From Candidatus Bathyarchaeota archaeon (GTDB lineage Archaea; Thermoproteota; Bathyarchaeia; Bathyarchaeales; Bathycorpusculaceae), in assembly GCA_963702095.1 (NCBI GenBank), contig OY969706.1, positions 1,600,001 to 1,664,000 of the forward strand: DNA of 64,000 nt, read 5' to 3'. The first letter of the stretch is position 1; every line of letters begins with the position of its first letter. The notes under the pieces were generated by a model. That model searched no databases. It saw only the letters and a list, made by a program, of their open reading frames with translations, and was not told the DNA's origin. The translations under genes were made by a program, and so were the position numbers. Shown in pieces: positions 11,137-21,128 of the stretch.

Positions 11137-11278
11137 TTTTGTTTTTCTATGTTAAGAAGAAGAGAACGCCGCCCTTACTCAGCTTCTTCCAGCGGGCTTT
11201 GCTGTGCAGTGCTTTTTGGCGTTGGATTGTGTGTGTGATTGCGGATTGGTTGAGGCGTTTTCTACAAGCAGAGCAAAC
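11137..11278. repeat. Dispersed repeat family B, copy 2
   Basis: ttttgtttttcta..ttaagaagaagaga...gcccttactca...cgggctt...ggttgagg.gtttt.tacaagcaga shared with 22625-22770. Confidence 0.85.
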
Positions 11279-11304
11279 ATAGGAGCCTCACTTAGAAATG
11301 CGGA

Positions 11305-11852
11305 TTAAATTTGACTTAAGATGTTCTGCGCCAAGACCTCAGGCAAACCTTCACGGTTATCATGTGTAACCAAAAACGCCTCAGCATCTGCACGGCACTT
11401 GGTCTCCACTATTAAGGGATCTTTGGCTTTGGCATGCACAATCGCCAACACAACCTTTGGACTATTCAACGCTGCCTCTACAGCTTGCTTAAACTTTTGC
11501 GAAAAAAGCTCCAGGGGCCAATGTCGTCGATGACTACTACCTCATACTTATGGGTGGCTTCAGAGATGGCTTCTACGCCTATACTGTCAAGATCCTCAAG
11601 ATTAACATGGTATTTTCCTATTTGTGGCCCCGTTTTCTGCGCTACATGTGCTAGCCAGCCATGCTTGCCGCTTGTTAAATCGACGACTTCAAACCCTACA
11701 CGTGCATAGCCATTTCTGGCTTCACGGCTAATCATGCCGCCTATACTGATGCCGTGACTTTTGAGGGTCTCAACGGTTTTAGAGAGAACAGTGGTTTTTC
11801 CACTCTCTGGTGCGCCGGTAATGATTAGGATTCTCTTCTCCAAAGCAACCAT
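11305..11852 (-). CDS. THEP1/NTPase_1 family nucleoside triphosphatase (frameshift near 11515)
   Basis: ITGAPESGKTT, R.GF.V.DL, IGKY.V; C-terminus (ELFSQKFKQAV) continues in shifted frame to TAA 11305-11307. Confidence 0.85.
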
Positions 11853-11880
11853 CGTTGTTTCAATAAGCAGAAAGAATAGT

Positions 11881-12858
11881 TTAAACTGGTTTGGGATGCA
11901 TTCGCCCTGTTTTTAGATTGCTTACGAGTTCCGTGGTTGAGTTGAAAGAGTTTACTAAGAATTTTCCGATAAATCCCTCACCTGTTGTCAGTGTTAGCGC
12001 TGTATAGAGGGTGCTTGTGACATGTGTGTGGTCAATTTTTAGTGCCTGTAGATAGTATTTTTTTGCTTCATTGTCTTTGCCCAGTCGCGACAGGTAAAAG
12101 CCGATTTGATAGTTAATATCCGCCTTAGCCCTTGCCGACATTCTGCCCCCATACCTTTGGAGGAAATATTGGCGTATGAGAACCTTGTCTTTCGCCCAGC
12201 CCAACATGTTTTGGTTGCTGATGTTACTTTCGTGGATACGGTATTTCGCTAGGATTTCAGGCATAAAGAGGAATTCGTGGTCAACTGCTAAATCCACTAA
12301 AAAGCGGTGGTCATTGACGTATCTTAGTTGTGGATCAAACCTAATATTCTCTACGTAATCAGCCCTAAAGATCATGCTCTGACGAAAAACAATCAGTTCC
12401 TTTAGAAGCGGTTCAAATAAACAGCCGTTTTTATCTGAGAACGCTTTGATGTGCTGGGTTACAAGTTCACCAGTTCTTTGGCCTTGGCTGTTAATGACTT
12501 CGCCTTCTGACCAGAGAAGTTTTGTATCGTCCTTTCTTAGAATTCTTAGCTGTTTTTCCAGCTTGTCTCTTATCCATAAGTCATCTGAATCTAAGAAACA
12601 AACGTATTTGCCGCTGACGCGCTCTAAACCATCATTTAACGTTGTTGAAACACCCAAGTTTTTATTGTGGAAAAACGCGTGGACTCGTGGATCCTTTTTT
12701 TGGTAGTCAACAATTATTTTCGGAGAATTATCGGTTGAACAGTCCTCAGTAATTAAGAGTTCAAGATCCGTGAAGGTTTGGTTTAAAACACTATCCATGG
12801 CTTCTGCTACGTATTTTTCATGATTACGGCAACACATAACTACACTAACTAAAACCAT
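11881..12858 (-). CDS. Glycosyltransferase family 2 with C-terminal TPR-like repeat
   Basis: VSVVM..N.EKYV.EA.DSVLNQT, EDCSTD, FLDSDD, KLEKQ. Confidence 0.9.
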   Translation of the reverse strand: MVLVSVVMCCRNHEKYVAEAMDSVLNQTFTDLELLITEDCSTDNSPKIIVDYQKKDPRVHAFFHNKNLGVSTTLNDGLERVSGKYVCFLDSDDLWIRDKLEKQLRILRKDDTKLLWSEGEVINSQGQRTGELVTQHIKAFSDKNGCLFEPLLKELIVFRQSMIFRADYVENIRFDPQLRYVNDHRFLVDLAVDHEFLFMPEILAKYRIHESNISNQNMLGWAKDKVLIRQYFLQRYGGRMSARAKADINYQIGFYLSRLGKDNEAKKYYLQALKIDHTHVTSTLYTALTLTTGEGFIGKFLVNSFNSTTELVSNLKTGRMHPKPV

Positions 12859-13024
12859 AAGTTATCAACTGCAGGGGATAGAATTAGAACCTACAGGATG
12901 TCTATCTATTGCATGAAGATAATGCTTTCGATTGACCCCGCTAATCGGCAGTACATTAAAAGCTGCTTTATCGAACATTTTTAAGATAGTCACTCAAATC
13001 ATACATTATCTTTGGAGCAGAAGC

Positions 13025-14242
13025 ATGACAGAAAAAACTGGTTTCGTTGCCGATTTCCCAAGCGAAATCATACATGAAGGCAAAGTGCAAGTTTTAGTGC
13101 CAGACCTCAAAGCCTACGGCGTAATCCCCAGCGATTACGCGCCCTCCAAAGCCCCAGTTTTCTACAATCCTGTGATGGAGTTCAACCGCGACCTCAGCGT
13201 CCTAGCCCTCCAAACCTACCAACGCATGGTTAACCATGAAGTGAGCGTCTGTGAGCCCCTATCCAGCCAGGGCATCCGCGGAATCCGCTACGCCGCAGAA
13301 GTCAACGGTGCCTCAAGGGTGCTTTTAAGCGACATCAGCACAAAAGCCTGCGAACTCGCCCAACACAACATCGAACTCAACCATCTTGAAACCAAAGTCA
13401 CCTTAAAGCACAGCGACGCAAACCGCACACTCTCCAACAACGCTTCACCCAAAAAACGCTTCGACATAATCGACATCGACCCCTTCGGCACACCCGCCCC
13501 CTACCTCGACTCAGCGCTTCGAGCACTCAAAAACAAGGGGTTGCTGGCGGCTACTGCTACGGATTTGGCGCCGCTCTGCGGGGTGCATACGAAGGCTTGT
13601 CTGCGTAAGTATGGGGGTAGACCTTTGCGTACGGAGTACTGCCACGAGTTGGCGGTGAGGCTTCTCTGCGGCGCAGTTGCGGCGACGGCGGCGAAGCATG
13701 ACATCGGCGTCAAAGTGCTCTTCAGCCACAGCACAGACCACTATATCCGCGGTTACATCCAAATAGGTTATGGCGCAAAAAAAGCCGACGAAAGCCTCAA
13801 AGCGGTGGGCTACATCATGCACTGCTTTAACTGTATGCATCGAGAAATCACCCACAATCCCTTCGGCTGCCCAACCTGCCCTGAATGCGGCACAAAGATG
13901 GATTGGGCGGGTCCGCTCTGGATAGGCGCAATTGCGGACGAGGCGTTTGTGGAGCAGATGCTTGCCCAAAACAGGACGGCGGCGTTTAGGAACAGCAACA
14001 AAATCACCAAACTCTTAACCCAAATCAGAGCCGAAGCCGCATCGCCCGCCACGTACTATGTCATTGATAAATTAAGCGGCAAACTCACTTTGCCCGCGCC
14101 ATCCAACATAGCATTCATAGAAGCCCTCAAAACAGCAGGTTTCCAAGCGGTGCCCACGCATTTCAACCCGCGGGGCATAAAAACGGATGCGCCAGCAATG
14201 GCTATGCATAAGATTCTACAAAAACTTGTAGTTGCCGCTTGA
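13025..14242 (+). CDS. trm1: tRNA (guanine26-N2)-dimethyltransferase
   Basis: VFYNPVMEFNRDLS, GIRGIRY, IDIDPFGTP, TATD, C-x2-C zinc ribbon, GPLWIG, THFNPRGIKTDA. Confidence 0.95.
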   Translation: MTEKTGFVADFPSEIIHEGKVQVLVPDLKAYGVIPSDYAPSKAPVFYNPVMEFNRDLSVLALQTYQRMVNHEVSVCEPLSSQGIRGIRYAAEVNGASRVLLSDISTKACELAQHNIELNHLETKVTLKHSDANRTLSNNASPKKRFDIIDIDPFGTPAPYLDSALRALKNKGLLAATATDLAPLCGVHTKACLRKYGGRPLRTEYCHELAVRLLCGAVAATAAKHDIGVKVLFSHSTDHYIRGYIQIGYGAKKADESLKAVGYIMHCFNCMHREITHNPFGCPTCPECGTKMDWAGPLWIGAIADEAFVEQMLAQNRTAAFRNSNKITKLLTQIRAEAASPATYYVIDKLSGKLTLPAPSNIAFIEALKTAGFQAVPTHFNPRGIKTDAPAMAMHKILQKLVVAA

Positions 14243-14289
14243 TTTTTTAACTAACCTCTCATAAAATAACCCAAACACAGTTGGTTAAT

Positions 14290-14742
14290 ATGACTATTAT
14301 AGTGGAGCAGATAAGGGAAATCGTCAACCGAGAAACTCATGCATGGGACACCCAAGACGTAGAGCTTTTACTGACGATTTTTCATCCAGACATGGTTTGG
14401 CCATGGCCTCCAACCGAAAATGACCATGACCCTATGGATTGGATCCTTGAGCAGGGCAGATACAACTATAACCGCTGGAAAGAAGGCTGGCAGCGCCTAT
14501 TTGATACACACGACTTAATCCACAACAGGCGGGTCATAAGAAAGATAGTGGTTTCCAAAGAAGGTGATGGTGCATATGCAGTTGTAGACGTTGATACCTT
14601 GTGGATGGACAAGAAAGGACATAGGAACCATTGGAAGGGGAGAGCCTGTAAAGTCTACACTAAAGTGGGAAAAGAATGGAAGATGATTATGCATACAGGG
14701 TTGCTTGACTACGAAAGTTTAAAGAGCAAAACCAACTTCTAA
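14290..14742 (+). CDS. NTF2/SnoaL-like fold protein
   Basis: AWDTQDVELLLTIFHPD ... WKMIMH pattern. Confidence 0.75.
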   Translation: MTIIVEQIREIVNRETHAWDTQDVELLLTIFHPDMVWPWPPTENDHDPMDWILEQGRYNYNRWKEGWQRLFDTHDLIHNRRVIRKIVVSKEGDGAYAVVDVDTLWMDKKGHRNHWKGRACKVYTKVGKEWKMIMHTGLLDYESLKSKTNF

Positions 14743-14761
14743 AATGTAAAAGTGATCAATC

Positions 14762-15574
14762 ATGACTCAAAAAATCGCAGTTATCGGCACCGGCATGATG
14801 GGCGGCGCAATAATCAAGAGCCTCGTCAAAGGCGGAATCACAGCATCCTCCATTACAGCCGTTGACATTCAAGCTGAAAAACTCAAGGAATTCGAAGCGC
14901 TCGGCGTTAAAACAGGCGTCGACAACGCCAAAGCCTCCGCCTCAGCCGACATCGTTTTTGTAATCGTTAAACCCGGCGACGTAGCCAAAATCCTCAAAGA
15001 AATCAGCAGAGAAATCAAGGGCAAACTCGTCATATCCGTCGCCGCCACTGTGCCACTGAGTTTTCTCAAGAAAAACGCGCCGGCTGAAGCCAAAATCGTG
15101 CGTATCATGCCCAACCTCGGCGCAATGGTGCAAGCCGCTTACACAGCCTATTGCTGTGGCGAAAACGTCACGGTCCAAGACAAAGAAACCGTGAAGGGTT
15201 TACTGGACTTGATGGGTGTCTATGATGAGGTGGACGAGAAATACATGGATGCCATCACGGCGGTCAGCGGCAGCGGACCCGGCTACATGAGCATAATCAT
15301 CGAAGCCCTCACTTACGCAGGCTTAAAAGTGGGGTTGCCCCGCAACATCGCCCTCAACTGTGCAGCGCAGACAGTGATGGGCACCGGCAAACTCGTCTTA
15401 GACCTCCATGAGGAACCCTCAAAAATCAAGGACATGACCACCACCCCCGGCGGAACAACCATCGAAGCCATCTACCAAATCGAACAATCACAAATCCGCC
15501 CAGCCATGATACGCGCCATCGAAGAAGCCACCAAAAAAAGCCAGGCCATCCGCGAAAAACTCAACCTCCAATGA
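14762..15574 (+). CDS. proC: Pyrroline-5-carboxylate reductase
   Basis: IGTGMMG, VKP, RIMPN, TAVSGSGPGY, TTPGGTT. Confidence 0.95.
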   Translation: MTQKIAVIGTGMMGGAIIKSLVKGGITASSITAVDIQAEKLKEFEALGVKTGVDNAKASASADIVFVIVKPGDVAKILKEISREIKGKLVISVAATVPLSFLKKNAPAEAKIVRIMPNLGAMVQAAYTAYCCGENVTVQDKETVKGLLDLMGVYDEVDEKYMDAITAVSGSGPGYMSIIIEALTYAGLKVGLPRNIALNCAAQTVMGTGKLVLDLHEEPSKIKDMTTTPGGTTIEAIYQIEQSQIRPAMIRAIEEATKKSQAIREKLNLQ

Positions 15575-15583
15575 GAACCCACC

Positions 15584-16237
15584 ATGTTTGAAGCAGCAAT
15601 CTTCGACTGGGACGGAACCCTCGCCGACACAAGAAAAGCCATTGATGTTTCATTCCAGAGGGCACTCAAAGATATCAGCCTCACCGTCCCCACCCCCTAC
15701 ATCGAGCGCAGAATAGGCATCGGCGCAGCGGAAACGTTCCGTGCGATTCTCGAAGCTGCAAACAGGCGGGTTGATGAGAAGGTTGTTAAGCAGCTTGTTG
15801 AGCGAAAAAGTGAAATTCAGATTCAATTAGCCGATGAAGTGGCACTGTTTGAGGGTGGGCGGGAGCTGCTTGCGGTGTTGCATGGTAAGGTGAAGGTGGG
15901 GTTGGCGTCGATGAATAACCGAAACGTCATCATGCATCTGCTTCAAATCAAGGGTTTAATCGACTGTTTTGACGTGGTTTTAACGGTTGAGGCGGTCTCT
16001 TTCTCTAAGCCTGACCCAGAGATTTTCCTAAAAACCGCGCAGCAACTAAAAGCTCAGCCTTCGGCATGTGTAGTGTTTGAGGATTCGATTTTCGGCGTGG
16101 AGGCGGCGAAGGCGGCGGGGATGAGTTGTATCGCGGTGACAACGGGCGTCTATAACAAGCAAGAGTTGGAAGAAGAAAAAGCTGATTTAGTCGTAGAAAA
16201 CTTGTCTGACCCCAAGATACAACGTTTTTTCATGTAA
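15584..16237 (+). CDS. HAD-superfamily phosphatase
   Basis: FDWDGTLAD, KPDPEIF, FEDS..GVEAA..AGM. Confidence 0.92.
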   Translation: MFEAAIFDWDGTLADTRKAIDVSFQRALKDISLTVPTPYIERRIGIGAAETFRAILEAANRRVDEKVVKQLVERKSEIQIQLADEVALFEGGRELLAVLHGKVKVGLASMNNRNVIMHLLQIKGLIDCFDVVLTVEAVSFSKPDPEIFLKTAQQLKAQPSACVVFEDSIFGVEAAKAAGMSCIAVTTGVYNKQELEEEKADLVVENLSDPKIQRFFM

Positions 16238-16337
16238 TGTTGACGCTTGTTGTAGTGCCAAGCCAATCACATAGCTTTAAACATTTTTCAAAATAATAAT
16301 AGATTGTTTTTCAAACCCTGAAAGGAAGAACAAGCTT

Positions 16338-16607
16338 TTGACAAATGCCGCTCGGAGAAAAACAGGTAAGCCCGCACAATTCCAGATTCTTTTGCTGGAC
16401 AACGATGCAAGCTTAGACGTCGAAGTTAGAGAAGCCGAAGACGTGGATTTCTGCCAAGTCAAAAAGCACTTGCGTAACGGAGGCTCCGTCTTCATCACCA
16501 GCCGAGCGTCACAGAAAATACGAGTTCCAAAGGCAACGGCACAAGTTAACTATAACCGAAGCCGAAAAACGCTTGGTCTACTCCTTCATCAGCACCTGAG
16601 AAGCTAA
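16338..16607 (+). CDS. Hypothetical protein
   Basis: 89-aa ORF filling an intergenic gap, followed by pyrimidine tract. Confidence 0.55.
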   Translation: MTNAARRKTGKPAQFQILLLDNDASLDVEVREAEDVDFCQVKKHLRNGGSVFITSRASQKIRVPKATAQVNYNRSRKTLGLLLHQHLRS

Positions 16608-16702
16608 ATGTGTAGCGTGCATCCATAAGATTCCCTTTACCCCCCTCTCTCTCTTCCGAAAATTTTGGGTGCACGCTACTCTCGCTAACAGTTCTTGTGT
16701 TT

Positions 16703-17680
16703 TTAAAAGGTCGATATGCCTTCATTGGCGGAAGGCCAAGGTACCCAGACTGGAAACACTGAAACCTCGATTCGTGAAATACCCAGTATTTTTGCTAATT
16801 TTTCCTGAGTCGTGAGCATTTGATTGATATCTTTTAACATCACGTAAATAAAAATATCAAATTCGCCGCTTGTTTTTATGACCAAAAATATATCGTCAAT
16901 AGCCATCAATTCACTTAGCACCGACTCTGGATCGTTTTGAGAATCAAGTGCTAACGCGATGTTCGCGATTGCATTATACCCAAGTTTAGGTAAGTCAACT
17001 TGGATGATGGGTTTGATGATGCCGTTGTCTAGTAGCCGCCGGTATTTTCTTGAAACCGTTTTTATGGATGTTCCTACGACCTTCGCTATTTGGCCAAATG
17101 GCTGCATACTATTTTTGGATAGTTTATCTATTATCTGAAAATCAACCGCATCTAATTTGATACTTCTGCCTCGGTCGGCTGGAGATGTATGGCTTTGCGA
17201 CTGCTTACACGGGTGCGTTAATTTAGTGATCTGCAAGTTTTCTGGGAAGTTTTTTATGCCTGTCCAGATTTCTGTTCTTATACTTTGCACAGACTTGTTT
17301 CTTCGGATTAGGGTTTTTAAATTAATCACGTCGTTTATGTCTTTTAGCGAGGTAAGGAAGTATATGTCGGCTTTAACCCCGCCGTAGATGATAAGTGGGA
17401 TTTCGAAAGGTATTTTTCTAATAAACGTGGCAACGGATTCTATGTCTTTTTTGTCGACTTTAACTATCACGCCGCAAGTGGCGTTTGCTCCCAGTGCACA
17501 GTGGTCCACTTGAATTGTTGAGCCAGTGATTACGCCTGCTTTTTCTAATTCCGCAAAGCGGTCCCCTATGGAGACAGCGGAGATGTTGCATTCAGCAGCT
17601 AATTCGACAAAGTTTTTTCTGGCGTTAGATAGCAGTCCTTTGATGATTTTGGCGTCTATTTCATCGATTTTTCCCGTCAT
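16703..17680 (-). CDS. Tandem double Lrp/AsnC-family regulator
   Basis: Two HTH+RAM repeats (IDEIDAKIIKGLLSNARKNF; LDAVDFQIIDKLSKNSMQPF; GEFDI). Start set to ATG 17680 after GGAGAGG. Confidence 0.85.
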   Translation of the reverse strand: MTGKIDEIDAKIIKGLLSNARKNFVELAAECNISAVSIGDRFAELEKAGVITGSTIQVDHCALGANATCGVIVKVDKKDIESVATFIRKIPFEIPLIIYGGVKADIYFLTSLKDINDVINLKTLIRRNKSVQSIRTEIWTGIKNFPENLQITKLTHPCKQSQSHTSPADRGRSIKLDAVDFQIIDKLSKNSMQPFGQIAKVVGTSIKTVSRKYRRLLDNGIIKPIIQVDLPKLGYNAIANIALALDSQNDPESVLSELMAIDDIFLVIKTSGEFDIFIYVMLKDINQMLTTQEKLAKILGISRIEVSVFPVWVPWPSANEGISTF

Positions 17681-17886
17681 GTCCTCTCCCCCAATGGGTG
17701 CCTTACGCTTATTGGCTTTTTTTGCTTTTAAATTCTGTGCTAAAGAGACGGTTTCGGGAAAGAAAACAAAGGTGTTAGCCATTTTTTGCTTAGAATTTTT
17801 CGTCTTAAATGATTTAATTGACAAATGCGTGCGCTGGTGGTCAGGCACCACTCAACTCAAACCATAGACACAGGGGTATAACAACG

Positions 17887-18957
17887 CTAAGCCTTTTGCC
17901 TTAGCGCCATGGGCACGTAGGCGCATCTTAGATCCGAACCCAAAATGTCCCCTGTATAAAACAACGCTGCACTTCGGCATCCTCCGCAGATGTCGTTGTA
18001 TTCGCAGACGCCGCATTTGCCCTTGAGGTTGGCTTTGTCTTTGGCTTTGGTGAAGAATTCGCTGTTCTGCATGTTATCCCAGATTTGCCCAAGCGAGAGG
18101 CTTTCGACGTTGCCGATGCGGTAAACATCGTTGTAGCTGCAGGGGATGGCGTCGCCGTTCTCAGCTATGCTCATGAATTTGCCGAAGAAGCACCTGCCCA
18201 AAAAGAAGCCATTGTACCACTTATCGAAGTCTGGCATGCCCCGCTGCTTTGCCACCCGCGCGTAGAAGGGGATATAGACGTTGATGTTTGGTTTACCGTT
18301 GTAGCGTTGAGTTAAGTCGTAGAGTTTGTTGCAAGCCCACTCATACTGGGCGGGGGTAGGGTCAGCTTGGAGACATTCAGGTGTGTTGCTGTATGGGATC
18401 ATGCCGTGGAAAACTACCCAGCGGGCGCTAAACTTGTTGGCGAGGTCCAGCACATGCACCATGTCCTTTTCGTTGACGTTGGTTACGTCGCCGCGGTTTG
18501 CGAATGTGTAGACGAGCACGTTAAGTAAGCCTTCACGTTGAAACCGCTCGATGGCTTTAACCGCCGCCTCGTAGGCGCCTTCTCCACGGATAACATCGTT
18601 GGTTTTCGGCCCGCCATCGATGCTCACTGAGATTTTGGTTTTGTTTTTGATGATTTTCTGGATTATTTCTTCGGTTAGGAGACGGCCATCGGTGATTATG
18701 CTTGTGTTTAAGCCCTTGCTTGTAGCGTAGTCAAGTATTTCGAAGAGGTCTTTGCGTAGAAATGGTTCTCCGCCGGTGACGCCGAAGAAGGAGGCGCCGA
18801 ATTCGCTGACTTCGTCAACTATATGTTTAGCGGTTTCGGTGTTGACTTCGTCGGATACCGCTTTTTTGCCTGCTGAGATGCAGTGGGCACAGTTGCTGTC
18901 GCAAGCGAAAGTGCATCGCCAAGGAACGATAAGTAGTGGACCATTCTTCTTTGTCAA
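17887..18957 (-). CDS. Radical SAM/SPASM protein (PqqE/NirJ/AhbD-like)
   Basis: CDSNCAHC, TGGEPF, SPASM CFFG..G.AIPCSY..KCGVCEY..ICGGCR..A..D..C. Confidence 0.88.
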   Translation of the reverse strand: MTKKNGPLLIVPWRCTFACDSNCAHCISAGKKAVSDEVNTETAKHIVDEVSEFGASFFGVTGGEPFLRKDLFEILDYATSKGLNTSIITDGRLLTEEIIQKIIKNKTKISVSIDGGPKTNDVIRGEGAYEAAVKAIERFQREGLLNVLVYTFANRGDVTNVNEKDMVHVLDLANKFSARWVVFHGMIPYSNTPECLQADPTPAQYEWACNKLYDLTQRYNGKPNINVYIPFYARVAKQRGMPDFDKWYNGFFLGRCFFGKFMSIAENGDAIPCSYNDVYRIGNVESLSLGQIWDNMQNSEFFTKAKDKANLKGKCGVCEYNDICGGCRSAALFYTGDILGSDLRCAYVPMALRQKA

Positions 18958-19094
18958 ATGACTCTACTCCTAGCGCTTATGTATGACACCTTTTTTATTG
19001 TATTTAAAGTTCACCCACCGCAGGTTTGGCGATCAAGAAGCGCCCAGCAGATTTTTAAATCCGTTAACAACTGTTCTTGGAAGGCGCATTTGTT

Positions 19095-19511
19095 ATGTCT
19101 AGGTTGAAAGGCAACGCAAAACTTCTCGAAAACACCCGTCTCGTAGCCGACAACGGCAGAGGGTACACTGTAATTTGCGATCTTCCCGAAGCACAAGGCG
19201 GAACTAATACGGGACCCACGCCGCTGGAGTTGGCGTTGATGTCATTGGCAGGCTGCGGAGTAATCATTTACGCGGAAGTTTGCAAGAACAGCAAAATTGA
19301 CCCGGGAAAAATCGAGGTAAATGTGGAAGCCGAAAAAATCCCGAACACTCCAAACGTTACAGGTGTAACCATGAAAGTCAGCATCGCTTCTAAGGTACGC
19401 AAGCCGTTGGTTGAGGCTGCTTGGCGCAGGACCGAAGCATCCTGCCCTGTAATGGTCGTCTATAAAGAGCAGGTGCCAGTGAAGGTGGAAGTTGACATAA
19501 AAATGGAGTAG
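19095..19511 (+). CDS. OsmC family protein
   Basis: GG.NTGPTPLEL.L.SLAGC and second Cys in ASCPV. Confidence 0.88.
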   Translation: MSRLKGNAKLLENTRLVADNGRGYTVICDLPEAQGGTNTGPTPLELALMSLAGCGVIIYAEVCKNSKIDPGKIEVNVEAEKIPNTPNVTGVTMKVSIASKVRKPLVEAAWRRTEASCPVMVVYKEQVPVKVEVDIKME

Positions 19512-19609
19512 CCCCTTTAGCTTCTCTTGTCTTTTTTGCTCCATGTCTCAATGCTAACCATGGTTGCGTTTTTACGCAAAGTTATTTAACCGACCCCTCC
19601 AAAGTCAGT

Positions 19610-19798
19610 ATGGGAGAAGGGAGATTGACCGAAGACAGTGTATTCTACATTAAGCAAGCTAACTGCAAACATGATAGAGCACAGTTGTATAAGCAGCGGC
19701 GTTTTGACGTACTCAACGGTTTAGATGTTACCTTTACCCGATGCCTCAACTGCCACAAAATCGTAGCTTTAGACGCAAAAAAACTTGCCCAGCATTAG
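19610..19798 (+). CDS. Small putative zinc-binding protein
   Basis: CKH...RCLNCHK motif in 62-aa ORF. Confidence 0.55.
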   Translation: MGEGRLTEDSVFYIKQANCKHDRAQLYKQRRFDVLNGLDVTFTRCLNCHKIVALDAKKLAQH

Positions 19799-20211
19799 GG
19801 CTCTTGGTCTTTGGCGTAGAGGTAGAGTTCCCCCTGCCTTAACAAATCCAACATGCGCTCTATCTGGGTAGTGGAGAGCTTGCAAACGTTGGGCTCCAAC
19901 AGAAACGGAAGCTGACTCGGCGCATCCTTGATTATATGCAGGTCTTCCCAGGTGATTTTGAGATCTTCAGAGGGAATATGGGTTTCAACATCCATAGCCC
20001 ATGTGCCAGCATCCAACTCGTCAGCACCAGTTGTTAAAGCTGTAAAGGGTCCCACCAAGGTTTTGTCGTCGGTATCATAGAGGAAAATAACTGAGCCCAC
20101 TTTGATAGATCCTTTGGGCTTGGTTTTTTCGTCTGCACATGTGTAATGTTTGGTGCTTAGGCATTTTTGGCGGGTGGATTTGTTACAGAAAAAAACGTAG
20201 CCATCGTACAT
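19795..20211 (-). CDS. DCD/EVE-like (PUA-fold) domain protein
   Basis: GYVFFCNKST..KCL ... IKVGSVIFLYD...KTLVGPFTA resembles the DCD consensus. Confidence 0.65.
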   Translation of the reverse strand: MYDGYVFFCNKSTRQKCLSTKHYTCADEKTKPKGSIKVGSVIFLYDTDDKTLVGPFTALTTGADELDAGTWAMDVETHIPSEDLKITWEDLHIIKDAPSQLPFLLEPNVCKLSTTQIERMLDLLRQGELYLYAKDQEP

Positions 20212-20404
20212 ACAGGATACCTCTTCTAAAGAGAAAGGCTGGGCTCTTATTTGGGTTTGCTTTTTGAGATTTATTAAGCGGTGTTGTTCACCGATGAATC
20301 CACATTACCATTTATGCCATAATAACATAGAGTAATAGAGTACCGAAAAAGTGAACCTACGTTAGTAAGTCTCGCCCCTGCATTATTCACGTAGGCTCAA
20401 AAGA

Positions 20405-21061
20405 ATGATGAAAGCAATGAGTAAAAAATTCTCTGTTATTGCCTTTTTCTTGGCGACGCTTGTTCTAGGATTAATGATAACACAGGAGGCAAATGCACAA
20501 ACAGCCACTCCCACCCCGTCAGCATCGCCTACGCCCAGACCAACCGCAACCGCTACCCCAACGCCGACGCCAACTCCATCGCCGACTGCAACATCCACAC
20601 CCACCCCAACTCCTACCCCGACTCCACCGCCTACCGCAACCCCCACCCCCACGCCATCGCCGACCTCTACCCCAACACCAGCGCCCACGGCAACGCCAAG
20701 CCCAACTCCAACCGAAACATTTACGCCGGCACCGACGGCAGAACCCACCGTACGACCCACTCAAAACCCAACTGCCTCCCCACAACAAGCGACGCCTCAG
20801 CCAACAGCCGAACAGACGCCATCCCCAACTGAGAACCCGACCCAGATGCCGCCTATATACACGGCGCCAACAGCCACACCCAACTCAAACTCGACAGTAG
20901 TCGTCCACCCTAACACTGTTACTGGGAACGAACTTGTTTTCACTGGTATAGCTGGCGCAGTCACCATTATCATAGTCGTTGGGGTCACGTTGCTTCTTAA
21001 ACGTCGGCAGACGGGAGAGTCCGAGAAGTCAAGCGATGATTTAGATTTTGAAAGCCTATGA
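20405..21061 (+). CDS. Thr/Pro-rich surface protein with signal peptide and C-terminal TM anchor
   Basis: Hydrophobic N-terminus ending ANA, long (TP)n region, TM plus KRR tail. Confidence 0.85.
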   Translation: MMKAMSKKFSVIAFFLATLVLGLMITQEANAQTATPTPSASPTPRPTATATPTPTPTPSPTATSTPTPTPTPTPPPTATPTPTPSPTSTPTPAPTATPSPTPTETFTPAPTAEPTVRPTQNPTASPQQATPQPTAEQTPSPTENPTQMPPIYTAPTATPNSNSTVVVHPNTVTGNELVFTGIAGAVTIIIVVGVTLLLKRRQTGESEKSSDDLDFESL

Positions 21062-21128
21062 TTGCCTAAAGAGGCTCGACTGGAAAATTTATTAAAGCTG
21101 AATCCAAATTGATGCTATCTCATAAAGG

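Noticed and set aside
11305-11852. Inactive NTPase pseudogene (Walker A PESGKT, Walker B DDIG, frameshift)
   Set aside because: Cannot be separated from local sequencing error; the rest of the protein is intact.
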